A stretch of DNA of 64,000 nucleotides from Chloroflexota bacterium (lineage in GTDB: Bacteria; Chloroflexota; Dehalococcoidia; Lucifugimonadales; SAR202-VII-2): assembly GCA_003228115.1 (NCBI GenBank), contig QEVV01000006.1, forward strand, positions 25,094 through 89,093. Direction: 5' to 3'. Positions 53,007 through 61,888 of this stretch are shown one piece after another; the stretch's first letter is position 1; each line of letters opens with the position of its first letter. The translations under genes and the position numbers were made by a program. The notes below the pieces were generated by a model. That model searched no databases. It had not been told where the DNA came from and saw only the letters and a list, made by a program, of their open reading frames with translations.

Positions 53007-54647
53007 CTACAATTCCCAGCGTCTGACACGCCCCGCTCTTTGCTCTGTGGGCACCCCGTCATCCACGGCAACCTGCCCATTGACGACAACCAAGTGGACA
53101 CCGGGGGGTTGTCGGCGGACCTCTTCTACATCAATGACCTCCGGCGGGATGTCTCCCATCCCATCGTCAATGGTGTCGGGGTCAAAAAGGACCAAATCGG
53201 CAGGTCTTCCAGCTTCCAACACGCCGCGAGAGGTGCCAAGGATCTGGGCTGGAAAGCCAGTGAGTTTGTGAACAGCCTGTTCCAAGGAAAGAAGCTGCCG
53301 TTCTCGCGACCAATAGCCCAGCAGTTTGGCGGGAGCCCCGTGGAAGAAGAAGCGGTCCAGGTGAGCCCCAGCGTCGGTGCCGATAACCCCGCAGGGATGG
53401 GTAATCATCTGTTCCAGCAGTTTCAGGCTGGAGTTTCGCCCGCCGCCCCAGAGTACGAACCTGGCGTCCATTGCGTTCCGAGCCAGGAAACTCAAAACAA
53501 ACTCCATTGGCGTTGTGCCGCTTTCCCTAGCCGCCGTTCCAAGGCTGCGCCCGATCCAACGGTCGTCCGAGGGGTTGGAAACAGCGCGGACGTGAATGTC
53601 CTCTAGGTACTGTGCGGGAGCATGGTCCTTTGCAGCTGCAGCAATCCGGGCCCGCGTGTCCGGGTCGGCGAGCGAGGTAGCTAGGTTCTCCGGCTCTTTG
53701 GAAATGGCGTCCCACTCAGGAAGGCCAGCGAACGCATAAAAGTCCGCCACCCGGAACTTCTCAATGTGCCGGTACGGAATCACCACCCCGTACACTCCCT
53801 GGCCCTGTTGACGTTGGCCTTCCATAAAGTCCCCCATCCGAAGGGCCATCTCTGGGTCGTCCGCGGGCTGTGCCCATTCGTTGAGGATGTGCCTTCCTTT
53901 TATGGAGGTAGTCAGTTCATTGACCAGTGTTTCGGGATCGAGCGCCAGCCGAGCGCCATTGGTCTGCCAAATGCCGCCCTGGCCAACAATCAGGTCAGCG
54001 AATGCCATCATTTCGTCACGGTCGGCGAAGGTGCTGGGGGTGTCGCTGTGAATGGCGGGCCCGCCCTTTGGACTGGTCGAGAAACCTATCGCACCGTCGT
54101 CCCAAGCCTGTTGGGCCATCTCCAGCATCGCCTTTAGCTCGCCTGGCGTCGCCACCCGCTCCATAGCCGCGTCCTTCATCGCCACCAGGCGAACGGGCGA
54201 ATGCGGAATGAATGCCCCAACGTTTATTCCGACCCGGCCTTCCAGATAATTCAGGTAGTCGCCGAAGGTCTTCCATTCGAACTGATCAGGGTCGACATAT
54301 TTGTCCATGACCCGGCGCAGGTAGCTGACAAGAATGTCCAGCGTGGCCGGGGTCTGCGGGACCGGGGCGCACGAAGCTCCACAATCGCCAATAACGACCG
54401 TCGTCACTCCATAATTAACGACCGGAGCACCATCGGGGTACAGCTTCAGGAAAAGGTCCATGTGCGTGTGAGGGTCAATGAAACCAGGCGAAACTACTCG
54501 CCCGCCAGCATCAATGGTGCGCTTGGCGGAACCTGAGACCTCTCCCACCTCACTGATTATCCCGTCCTGGACGGCAACGGACCCATGGTATGCGGGGCTC
54601 CCAGTACCATCGACAATCTTCGCATTCCGGATGACGAGGTCGTTCAT
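53007..54647 (-). CDS. N-acyl-D-amino-acid deacylase (D-aminoacylase) family amidohydrolase
   Basis: LVIRNAKIVDGTG...SPGFIDPHTH N-terminus and the C-terminal ADLVLFDP pattern. Confidence 0.85.
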   Translation of the reverse strand: MNDLVIRNAKIVDGTGSPAYHGSVAVQDGIISEVGEVSGSAKRTIDAGGRVVSPGFIDPHTHMDLFLKLYPDGAPVVNYGVTTVVIGDCGASCAPVPQTPATLDILVSYLRRVMDKYVDPDQFEWKTFGDYLNYLEGRVGINVGAFIPHSPVRLVAMKDAAMERVATPGELKAMLEMAQQAWDDGAIGFSTSPKGGPAIHSDTPSTFADRDEMMAFADLIVGQGGIWQTNGARLALDPETLVNELTTSIKGRHILNEWAQPADDPEMALRMGDFMEGQRQQGQGVYGVVIPYRHIEKFRVADFYAFAGLPEWDAISKEPENLATSLADPDTRARIAAAAKDHAPAQYLEDIHVRAVSNPSDDRWIGRSLGTAARESGTTPMEFVLSFLARNAMDARFVLWGGGRNSSLKLLEQMITHPCGVIGTDAGAHLDRFFFHGAPAKLLGYWSRERQLLSLEQAVHKLTGFPAQILGTSRGVLEAGRPADLVLFDPDTIDDGMGDIPPEVIDVEEVRRQPPGVHLVVVNGQVAVDDGVPTEQRAGRVRRWEL

Positions 54648-54926
54648 CGCTCCCCCTTAACTTCCGACAATCCTTCCATCTGAGGGGGAAATTATGCTTC
54701 CATCTACGGATTGTCAACTTCCTTCTTGAGCCTGCTACATGAAGCGGGGAAAGGCAGGCACGGCACCATGAAACACTCCATCGATGTCATTTGGTAGACT
54801 GGTCGCTGGTTCTGCGCTGAGGCCTCGTTAGTAGCCATTCCGCCTCAGCGCCTTTCGCTACTATGTGGGGCGCATCCCGGCCGGCCCAACCTTGACAATT
54901 TACATTTACAGATGAGGAGCACGCTA

Positions 54927-55925
54927 ATGGTCGAATCAAGATGGTCTAGGATCCCGATCGAGCGCAACATTGCAATGGAGCTCGTGCGGGTAACAGAGGC
55001 CGCTGCCATGTCTGCCACCCGTTACATGGGTACGGGCGATAAAGAATTGGTGGACCAAGCTGCAGTGGACGCCATGCGCTTCACTTTGGGCTCCATAGCC
55101 ATGGATGGCGTCGTTGTCATCGGGGAGGGGGAAAAGGATGAAGCCCCCAGGCTCTACAACGGGGAGGTCATTGGCAACGGCTCGCCGCCTCCGGTGGACA
55201 TCGCCGTCGACCCTATTGACGGCACAACACTGCTGTCCAAGGGGCTACCCGGCGCAATCGCTGTCGTGGCGTTAGCTGCTCGAGGCGCAATGAGTTGCCC
55301 CAAAGAAGTCTTTTACATGAACAAGATCGCCGTGGGCCCAGAAGCCCAGGGGGCCATCGACATCAACGCCACAGTAGGGGACAACCTGAAGAGCATCGCC
55401 AAGGGGATGCGCCGCAAGGTCAATGAGCTAACGGTCGTTGTTCTTGACCGGCCTCGCCACGCCGAACTATTGGAAGACATCCGCTCGGCTGGCGCTAGGG
55501 TCAAACTCATCTCCGACGGCGATGTTGCCGCTGGAATCGCGGCAGCCCTGCCGGATACTGGAGTAGACGTACTAATGGGGGTCGGTGGGACCCCTGAGGG
55601 TGTGATCACGGCGGCGGCCATCCGTTGCACGGGTGGAGAGATCCAATGCAAGGCCTGGCCCCGCGATGAGGCGGAGCGATCGGGTGCGATAGCAGCGGGC
55701 CTCGACTTGGACAAGGTCTACGGCACGCTGGACCTAGTGAGCGGTGACGACGTCTTCTTCGCTGCGACCGGGGCTAGCGACGGTGAGCTACTGAGGGGTG
55801 TGCGCTACTTCGGGGGAGGGGCGAGGACCCAATCGCTGGTAATGCGGTCTCGTTCGGGCACCATCCGCTGGATCGACAGCACCCACGACTTCACGAGACT
55901 AGACAAGGTGCGATTGGGCGACTAA
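54927..55925 (+). CDS. glpX: Class II fructose-1,6-bisphosphatase
   Basis: ELVRVTEAAA...GDKELVDQAAVDAM and VDPIDGTT motifs. ATG 54927 follows AGGAG with a 7-nt spacer. Confidence 0.9.
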   Translation: MVESRWSRIPIERNIAMELVRVTEAAAMSATRYMGTGDKELVDQAAVDAMRFTLGSIAMDGVVVIGEGEKDEAPRLYNGEVIGNGSPPPVDIAVDPIDGTTLLSKGLPGAIAVVALAARGAMSCPKEVFYMNKIAVGPEAQGAIDINATVGDNLKSIAKGMRRKVNELTVVVLDRPRHAELLEDIRSAGARVKLISDGDVAAGIAAALPDTGVDVLMGVGGTPEGVITAAAIRCTGGEIQCKAWPRDEAERSGAIAAGLDLDKVYGTLDLVSGDDVFFAATGASDGELLRGVRYFGGGARTQSLVMRSRSGTIRWIDSTHDFTRLDKVRLGD

Positions 55926-55929
55926 TGGC

Positions 55930-55965
55930 GTTGCCCGCTGGCCCTGGACGGGACCAGCGGGCAAC
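55930..55965. terminator. Hairpin between convergent glpX and methyltransferase genes
   Basis: 12-bp stem GTTGCCCGCTGG / CCAGCGGGCAAC, plus inner CCC/GGG pairs. Confidence 0.6.
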
Positions 55966-56010
55966 CTGGCATCCCAAGGTATAGCGCCAGCGTTGGCGAC
56001 TTCCGAGTGC

Positions 56011-57045
56011 TTACTTTCGACCGAAGGTCACGGCATGTACCGGCGTGATATCAAAAGCCTCTACGTCCCGGAAACCGTGTCCGTTTAGCAGATCCACGAA
56101 CGCCTGAGTCGGCATCAGCTGATCCCCGATGAGCGCCTCAAAGAACTGTATTCCTGACATGACACGGGCAGGGACTGTTCGGCTGGCTTCCACTGACGCT
56201 GGGAAAGGGAAGTCGGAGATCACAAAATAGCCATCTGGTTTGAGAGCTTTGTGGACATTCAAGGTCACTTTGTCTATATCCCGGCATTCATGCATCGAGA
56301 TGTTGATCAAGACCATGTCATATGCCCCGCTGGCATCGAAATCCTCAAGGGTGCTCTGCGTTAGAGTAATCCTATCCTGAAGCCCTTCACCGGCGAGCCT
56401 CTCTTTCGTTAGGCTCAATGAGTAGGCATCTCCGTCCACGCCTTCGAAAGAGCAATTGGGATAGGTTCTGGCCATAGCGGACAAGCCGTTGCCCGCCCCG
56501 CAGGCGAGTTCCAGGACGCTAGCGCCCTCCTCCAAACGTTGCTGTAGGCCCGGCACTTTCGATAAGCCGCCAGGAATCATCCGGTTGTAGAACGGCCGGC
56601 CAGTGTCACTGACTGCCGTGATGAAGTCCGGACTGCACTGGTCCCACCACAGACGGTCGCCAGAAGGTAATTTTTCTTCAAAGTGTTCAAAGAACTCCGG
56701 CTGCACCATCACTTGCGGTACGCCGCCAATGTGGCCTGGGAAGTTCACATCCAGTAGCAACTTGTCCATATGCGGCGCAAGCCGGTAACGCTCCTGCTCC
56801 CCGAGGTCGAGGACTTCAGCTGCGTAGGCTGACCGGCACCAGACCCCTACATAGAAAGGGTCTAGGGACAATTGCTGCGCCAAGCTTTCCGTTGTGATCC
56901 CGTCTTGATGCTTGCCAATCTCTTCCAATAGCCCGAGGCGCAGTCCTATGACGATGGTCCGAACTCCGACATAGCCTGCGATCTGCGTCAGGAGCTTTCC
57001 AGCCTGCTGAGGGACCTCAGGTTCAGGTGATGCCTGTCGGGTCAT
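56011..57045 (-). CDS. Class I SAM-dependent methyltransferase with an N-terminal winged-helix/dimerisation region (O-methyltransferase-like)
   Basis: VLELACGAGNG motif I and YDMVLINISMHE. GAGGAGG RBS. Confidence 0.8.
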   Translation of the reverse strand: MTRQASPEPEVPQQAGKLLTQIAGYVGVRTIVIGLRLGLLEEIGKHQDGITTESLAQQLSLDPFYVGVWCRSAYAAEVLDLGEQERYRLAPHMDKLLLDVNFPGHIGGVPQVMVQPEFFEHFEEKLPSGDRLWWDQCSPDFITAVSDTGRPFYNRMIPGGLSKVPGLQQRLEEGASVLELACGAGNGLSAMARTYPNCSFEGVDGDAYSLSLTKERLAGEGLQDRITLTQSTLEDFDASGAYDMVLINISMHECRDIDKVTLNVHKALKPDGYFVISDFPFPASVEASRTVPARVMSGIQFFEALIGDQLMPTQAFVDLLNGHGFRDVEAFDITPVHAVTFGRK

Positions 57046-57079
57046 ACGATATCCTCCTCTTCCTGCCTTTTAAAGAATG

Positions 57080-57117
57080 AGGCCGAACAGGGGTTCGTCC
57101 GAGCCCCTGTTCGGCCT
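57080..57117 (-). terminator. Hairpin downstream of the 57138-57497 gene
   Basis: 14-bp stem AGGCCGAACAGGGG / CCCCTGTTCGGCCT with a 10-nt loop. Confidence 0.55.
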
Positions 57118-57137
57118 ATGTACACGAAGCCTAGAAG

Positions 57138-57497
57138 CTACTGGTATTTTTTGGCGATCTCTTCCAGCCCAGAAGCCATGAGGTCTTCCGGCGTCATTGC
57201 TACGCGGAATTTCACGGAAGCGTTGAGGGTCAAAAAGAAGGGCTCAGCCACGGCGGGTACCCCGGACGGACTGGCGATGTCCACAACCATAATGGCCCCA
57301 CGCTTGCCATCTTGCTCCGAGAAGTAGATGACTTCTGGCTTGACGTCTTCCAGTATCTTTCCGCTAGCAGCACCTGCGGTGCCGTTCCTCACCATTGTGC
57401 TAAATGGCTCCAAGGGAAACTCAACATTAACCAGGTATCTCCTAGTTCCATCTCCTAAGGTGGGTCTAGCCCGAGTGTTCAAATAGACTATGCCCAA
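57138..57497 (-). CDS. Conserved hypothetical protein (start uncertain; TTG in the track)
   Basis: Long ORF with its own downstream hairpin. No motif recognised. No in-frame ATG near the 5' end. Confidence 0.5.
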   Translation of the reverse strand: MGIVYLNTRARPTLGDGTRRYLVNVEFPLEPFSTMVRNGTAGAASGKILEDVKPEVIYFSEQDGKRGAIMVVDIASPSGVPAVAEPFFLTLNASVKFRVAMTPEDLMASGLEEIAKKYQ

Positions 57498-57551
57498 GCC
57501 CGAACACCGTCAATATATGTTGGGGATGGATCATTCTTTGTTGGGGCCAGT

Positions 57552-57590
57552 CAAACAAGAAGAGGGGGCCCTGGTTAGGGCCCCCTCTTC
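57552..57590 (-). terminator. Terminator of RRM gene 3
   Basis: 13-bp stem GAAGAGGGGGCCC / GGGCCCCCTCTTC (57559-57590). The architecture matches the 49078-49106 terminator. Confidence 0.75.
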
Positions 57591-57611
57591 TAAACTGTGA
57601 ACAGTTGAAAG

Positions 57612-57896
57612 TTACCAGCTGCGCTCGTTGCGCTGTCCGCCGCTAGCACGCTGCTCACGAGGCTTGGCCTCGTTCACGGTAAGCGTCCGTCCACCAACTT
57701 CCGTTCCATTCAGACCAGTGATGGCGTTCTGCGCCTCTGACATCTCTGGCATCTCCACGAACCCGAAGCCCTTGGATCTGCCTGAGTAACGGTCACTGAC
57801 CACCTGAGCCGACTCAACAGCTCCGAAAGCCAGGAAGGCTTTTTCCAACTCGGCGTCCTGGGTCTCGTACGAAAGGTTTCCTACATAGATACGCAT
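57612..57896 (-). CDS. RRM-type RNA-binding protein (copy 3)
   Basis: MRIYVGNLSY and KGFGFVEM motifs. ATG 57896 follows AAGGAG. Confidence 0.9.
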   Translation of the reverse strand: MRIYVGNLSYETQDAELEKAFLAFGAVESAQVVSDRYSGRSKGFGFVEMPEMSEAQNAITGLNGTEVGGRTLTVNEAKPREQRASGGQRNERSW

Positions 57897-58030
57897 ATGG
57901 CACTCCTTGCCAACAATATTCCGAGCCTTCCTGTGCAAGGGCGCCAGTGCCGGAGAGCTTAGCGGGGCTAAAACGCGGGCAGAAACGACAGTACAAGAGA
58001 GAGGTCTGCGGTTACACTAGTATACCACAC
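57897..58030 (-). promoter_or_regulatory. Conserved 5' leader plus extended -10 promoter (TGGTATACT) of RRM gene 3
   Basis: 57897-58002 aligns almost base-for-base with 49448-49552. TGTGGTATACT lies at 58019-58029. Confidence 0.55.
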
Positions 58031-58210
58031 ACCATTTAGCGTAGGCCAAGCCTTCGATGGCGCACGCTTCAAGTCTTCGATGGCGCACCCCTGGGGAGAC
58101 AGCTGAACAGGGGCTGGAGCTTGGAGTTTGGATTGCCTAGACTTGAATCTTGGCGCAGTAGAGGAAATTGAGCAGCGCCGCTGGCGCCCATACCTAGTGA
58201 GAGGAATCAA

Positions 58211-59026
58211 ATGATGAATTACGAAGTCAACGACTTTGAGACGGACGTCCTTGAGCGGAGCCACACGCTGCCGGTCCTTGTAGACTTTTGGGCGGACTGG
58301 TGCGGGCCCTGCAGGGTGCTTGGCCCCGTCTTGGAAAAACTGGCCGGGGAAAGTGACGGGCGTTGGGAGCTTGCCAAGCTCGATACGGAGAGGTTCCAGT
58401 CTGTCGCCGCTGAATACGGTATCCGCAGCATCCCCAACGTGAAGTTGTTCGTTGATGGGAAGGTCCAGGATGAGTTCGTTGGGGCCTTGCCGGAGCCCAA
58501 GGTCGCGGAATGGCTATCCAAGGCACTACCCAGCAAACACGCTGGGCAACTTGAGACGGCCCTGGCGCTCTTGGGGGAAGGGAAGACGGTAGAGGCTCAG
58601 GAGCTACTCGACGGCATCCTTGCCGCCGATCCTGGTCAAGCCCAAGCTGCTGTGCTCTTGGCGCAAACGTACTTCAGCACGGACCCCCAGCGCGCCGCCG
58701 AAACCGTCAAAGGCCTCACGGCTGGAGAAGACGGTTTCGAACTGGCCGAGGCCATCAGGACGTTGGTTGCACTCTTCGTTCGTGCAGAGGACGCGGAGGC
58801 GCTTCCGACGGAGCCCGCCAAAGACCTCTATCTTGCTGCCATAGGCGAGGCGCGCTCCAACAGCTTCGAGGCGGCGTTGACCGGTTTCATTGATGTGATC
58901 CGCAAGAATCGCTCTTACGATAACGATGGAGCCAGAAAGGCTTCCCTGGCCATCTTCAAGTTGCTTGGCGATAACCACCCGACCACGAAGCAGTTCCGGC
59001 CGGCCTTGAGCAACGCCCTGTTCTAG
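58211..59026 (+). CDS. Thioredoxin-domain protein with a C-terminal TPR-like domain (YbbN/CnoX-like)
   Basis: WADWCGPCR thioredoxin active site, followed by a helical repeat C-terminus. Confidence 0.85.
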   Translation: MMNYEVNDFETDVLERSHTLPVLVDFWADWCGPCRVLGPVLEKLAGESDGRWELAKLDTERFQSVAAEYGIRSIPNVKLFVDGKVQDEFVGALPEPKVAEWLSKALPSKHAGQLETALALLGEGKTVEAQELLDGILAADPGQAQAAVLLAQTYFSTDPQRAAETVKGLTAGEDGFELAEAIRTLVALFVRAEDAEALPTEPAKDLYLAAIGEARSNSFEAALTGFIDVIRKNRSYDNDGARKASLAIFKLLGDNHPTTKQFRPALSNALF

Positions 59027-59097
59027 CCTCGTCTGACATACGGACTGCCCACGCCTGGCAAACATGCCGCCTGTGCGTGCCCGATGAAGAGGGCCCC

Positions 59098-60387
59098 ATG
59101 ACCGAGACCGAGAGCGTATTTACCGCAATTGCCGTAGTGCTGAGTTTTGCAGCCACGGCAAGTTATGTGAACAACCGCTATCTCCGCTTTCCTCCCACCA
59201 TTGCCCTCATGGCTGTTTCTCTGGCCCTGTCCCTGGTGATTGTTGCGCTGGGGGTTGTTGGGGTCTTGGACCAGCAGGAAACGAAGGACTTCGTCGAATC
59301 TCTCCATTTCGACGAAGTCTTGCTACACGGCCTGCTCGGCTACCTCTTGTTTGCTGGCGCCCTACACATTGACCTCAAGGCTTTGCGGGGCGTGCTCATA
59401 CAAACAGCGTCCCTGGCCTCCTTCAGCGTAGTCGCTAGCGGGGCGATCGGCGGGACACTGTTCTGGATTGTCGCAACTCTCGCAGGGTTCGAGATTGGCC
59501 TTATTCATGGGCTGTTGTTCGGTGCACTCATCGCCCCCACAGACCCGGTCGCCGTGCTAGGCATTCTCAAAAGCGCCGGAGCGCCAAAACCCCTGGAAAC
59601 GACTATGGCGGGGGAATCGCTCTTCAACGATGGGATAGGGGTCGTCATCTTCCTAACCATCGCCAGCATCGCTTTTGCTGGACAGGAACCGGTGTTCAGC
59701 GAGGTAGGCACATTCTTGCTTCTTGAGGCGGGTGGGGGAGCACTCTTGGGACTGGCGATCGGCTGGATCGGCTTCCGCCTGATGCGCACGATAGACGACT
59801 ACTCGGTTGAAGTGCTGTTGAGTTTGGCAATGGTATCCGGCGGCTACGCGCTGGCGACGGTCCTGCACATTTCCGGGCCGATAGTGGTAGTGGTGGCAGG
59901 GATCATCATCGGCAATCAGGCCCGATCAATGGCGATGTCCGCCCTCACCCGCCGTTACCTGGACAACTTCTGGGAGCTTCTGGACGATATTCTCAATGCG
60001 GTGCTGTTTGCCCTGGTGGGATTGGAGGTCGTGGCGGTGCACCTTGACTGGAGCTACGCCGTTGTGGGCGTTATTGCCGTGCCTACTGTACTAGCTGCCC
60101 GGCTCATCAGCATTGCTGTTCCGGGCGCAATGTTCCATGTGGTGGGCCTTGTGCCGTTCCGGCGCAACGTGCTGGGCGCGCTGACCTGGGGAGGGCTCCG
60201 TGGCGGCATTTCCATAGCCCTGGCATTGTCACTGCCGCACTCACCCGAGCGCGACCTTTTGGTCACTGCCGCCTATTTCGTCGTAGCCTTTTCTGTCCTG
60301 GTCCAGGGCCTCACCTTTGGGCGTTTCATCAAGCGTCTGTTCCCCACAAGCCCTGGGCAGTCAGAGGGCCAAACTAAGAGTCATTAG
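59098..60387 (+). CDS. Na+/H+ antiporter, CPA1 (NhaP-type)
   Basis: Polytopic membrane protein with APTDPVAV and ESLFNDG motifs. ATG 59098 is preferred over track start 59077. Confidence 0.85.
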   Translation: MTETESVFTAIAVVLSFAATASYVNNRYLRFPPTIALMAVSLALSLVIVALGVVGVLDQQETKDFVESLHFDEVLLHGLLGYLLFAGALHIDLKALRGVLIQTASLASFSVVASGAIGGTLFWIVATLAGFEIGLIHGLLFGALIAPTDPVAVLGILKSAGAPKPLETTMAGESLFNDGIGVVIFLTIASIAFAGQEPVFSEVGTFLLLEAGGGALLGLAIGWIGFRLMRTIDDYSVEVLLSLAMVSGGYALATVLHISGPIVVVVAGIIIGNQARSMAMSALTRRYLDNFWELLDDILNAVLFALVGLEVVAVHLDWSYAVVGVIAVPTVLAARLISIAVPGAMFHVVGLVPFRRNVLGALTWGGLRGGISIALALSLPHSPERDLLVTAAYFVVAFSVLVQGLTFGRFIKRLFPTSPGQSEGQTKSH

Positions 60388-60577
60388 AAAGCCCTCTGCA
60401 CCTCCTACCGACCTGGCCGCTCACTCCACGCTCACCCCCCATCTATCCGCAACCCTCTTTTGTGCCCAAGAAAGATTGATTTCCCACACCACCGTGGCAT
60501 GATTCCTACGGCGCTTTGCGCGCGTCCGTACTTGATTTGTCTAGGCCCTCAAAACACCGCCCCAGGAGCACTTCTTT

Positions 60578-61573
60578 ATGAAGTCCGTTGCAGCACGCCG
60601 CACAGTTCTCAGCCTTGCCGTCCTTTCATCCCTGGCAATCATGGCCGCCCTCTGGGCCTTCTACCTCATACCAACGACCCAGGCCCAGCCTCAAGTCGGC
60701 CCTTCGGCCGCGCCCCTGGCAGTCGGTGCCACCCTTACCGTCAACACCACCAACGACGAGGAAAACGCGGATGGGGACTGCTCCCTGCGCGAGGCCATCA
60801 CGGCCGCAAACACCAACGCGCAGGTGGACCAGTGCGACGCCAGCGGCTCAGACGCAACGGACACCATTGTGTTTGCTCCGTCCGCCGATGAAGGCACCAT
60901 TACGCTGGCTAGCGTCCTGACCATCAGTTCCAATGTCAATATCCAGGGTCCGGGCGCTGACCAGCTCCGCATCAGCGGCAACAACACGGTCCAGGTATTC
61001 TCCATCACCTCCGACGCAAACGCGCTCAACAAGACCTTCCAGGTGCGCGTCCGTCAGCGTGAAGAAGACTGCACCATCGGCCGTAGTCCGAATGGGCATA
61101 TGCTCCGGTGCATCACCGTTGATCTGTTCGATACCGATGCCTCTGCGTTGGAGGACGCCCAACTGTTCTTCAACGCCACGCTGGCGGTGATCCTGACCGA
61201 CGCTGAAATTGAGTTGCTGGGCGGCCCAGACGCGGCGTTCGCAGCCTGGAGAAGCGGTGAGTTGCGGTTCCAGCGCCACAACCCCGGCAACCTTGCACGC
61301 CCCTGGACGGATGTAACGACAAGCCTGGGCGACAACGGTGAGATATCGGCTCCGGCCTTGAGCCACTTCTCAACATTTGCCTTGGTGTACTCGCCAGGCG
61401 TACCCGCACTACCGCCCCCGCCGCCCAACACCAAGCCAGGCCCGATCCTACCGGATGTAGGTGACGCGTCACTCGGTGGCAACTGGTCACTCCTGTTGAC
61501 CATCGGCGGGGCCTTGAGCCTCCTAGCTGGAGGCATCCTCTTGAGAAGACGGGGCAGGTGGACAAAGGCTTAG
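60578..61573 (+). CDS. Secreted CSLREA-motif surface protein with a C-terminal LPxTG-like sorting signal
   Basis: Signal peptide MKSVAARRTVLSLAVLSSLAIMAALWA. N-terminal motif DGDCSLREAITAANTN. C-terminus PPPPPNTKPGPILPDVGD, then a hydrophobic helix, then RRRGR. Confidence 0.75.
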   Translation: MKSVAARRTVLSLAVLSSLAIMAALWAFYLIPTTQAQPQVGPSAAPLAVGATLTVNTTNDEENADGDCSLREAITAANTNAQVDQCDASGSDATDTIVFAPSADEGTITLASVLTISSNVNIQGPGADQLRISGNNTVQVFSITSDANALNKTFQVRVRQREEDCTIGRSPNGHMLRCITVDLFDTDASALEDAQLFFNATLAVILTDAEIELLGGPDAAFAAWRSGELRFQRHNPGNLARPWTDVTTSLGDNGEISAPALSHFSTFALVYSPGVPALPPPPPNTKPGPILPDVGDASLGGNWSLLLTIGGALSLLAGGILLRRRGRWTKA

Positions 61574-61582
61574 TTAGCAAAA

Positions 61583-61617
61583 GAGGAGGCCCGCTCATGG
61601 AGCGGGCCTCTTCTTTT
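61583..61617 (+). terminator. Rho-independent terminator
   Basis: GAGGAGGCCCGCTC, loop ATG, GAGCGGGCCTCTTC (one mismatch), followed by TTTT. Confidence 0.75.
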
Positions 61618-61888
61618 GCTAACGTAGACGGGACCCCAACGTGGGACGCCTTCTTCCGTCCACCCGAAACTGGCCCTGAAACGAGCCCCATGCCTCCAAT
61701 GCCTTAGGGTAACGCTATTTCGATACTCCATTGTCTTTCGCAATTGGCGAAGGCTCCGTCGTTGCCCTCGCCTCCGAACGAGCGATAACGCAAATCGACG
61801 CCTCAGATGAGAACGCGCAGTTGTGGCGGTATCATGCTTTGGGAAGCCACTGAGCCTGAGGGCGCGATTGCGACAGGAAAACCGATTT

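Noticed and set aside
57421-57460. AGGAG followed by CTG as an alternative start for the 57138-57497 gene, which would be a third CTG-start case
   Set aside because: The spacer is only 4 nt, and I have no family knowledge of the true N-terminus. The evidence is too weak to claim.
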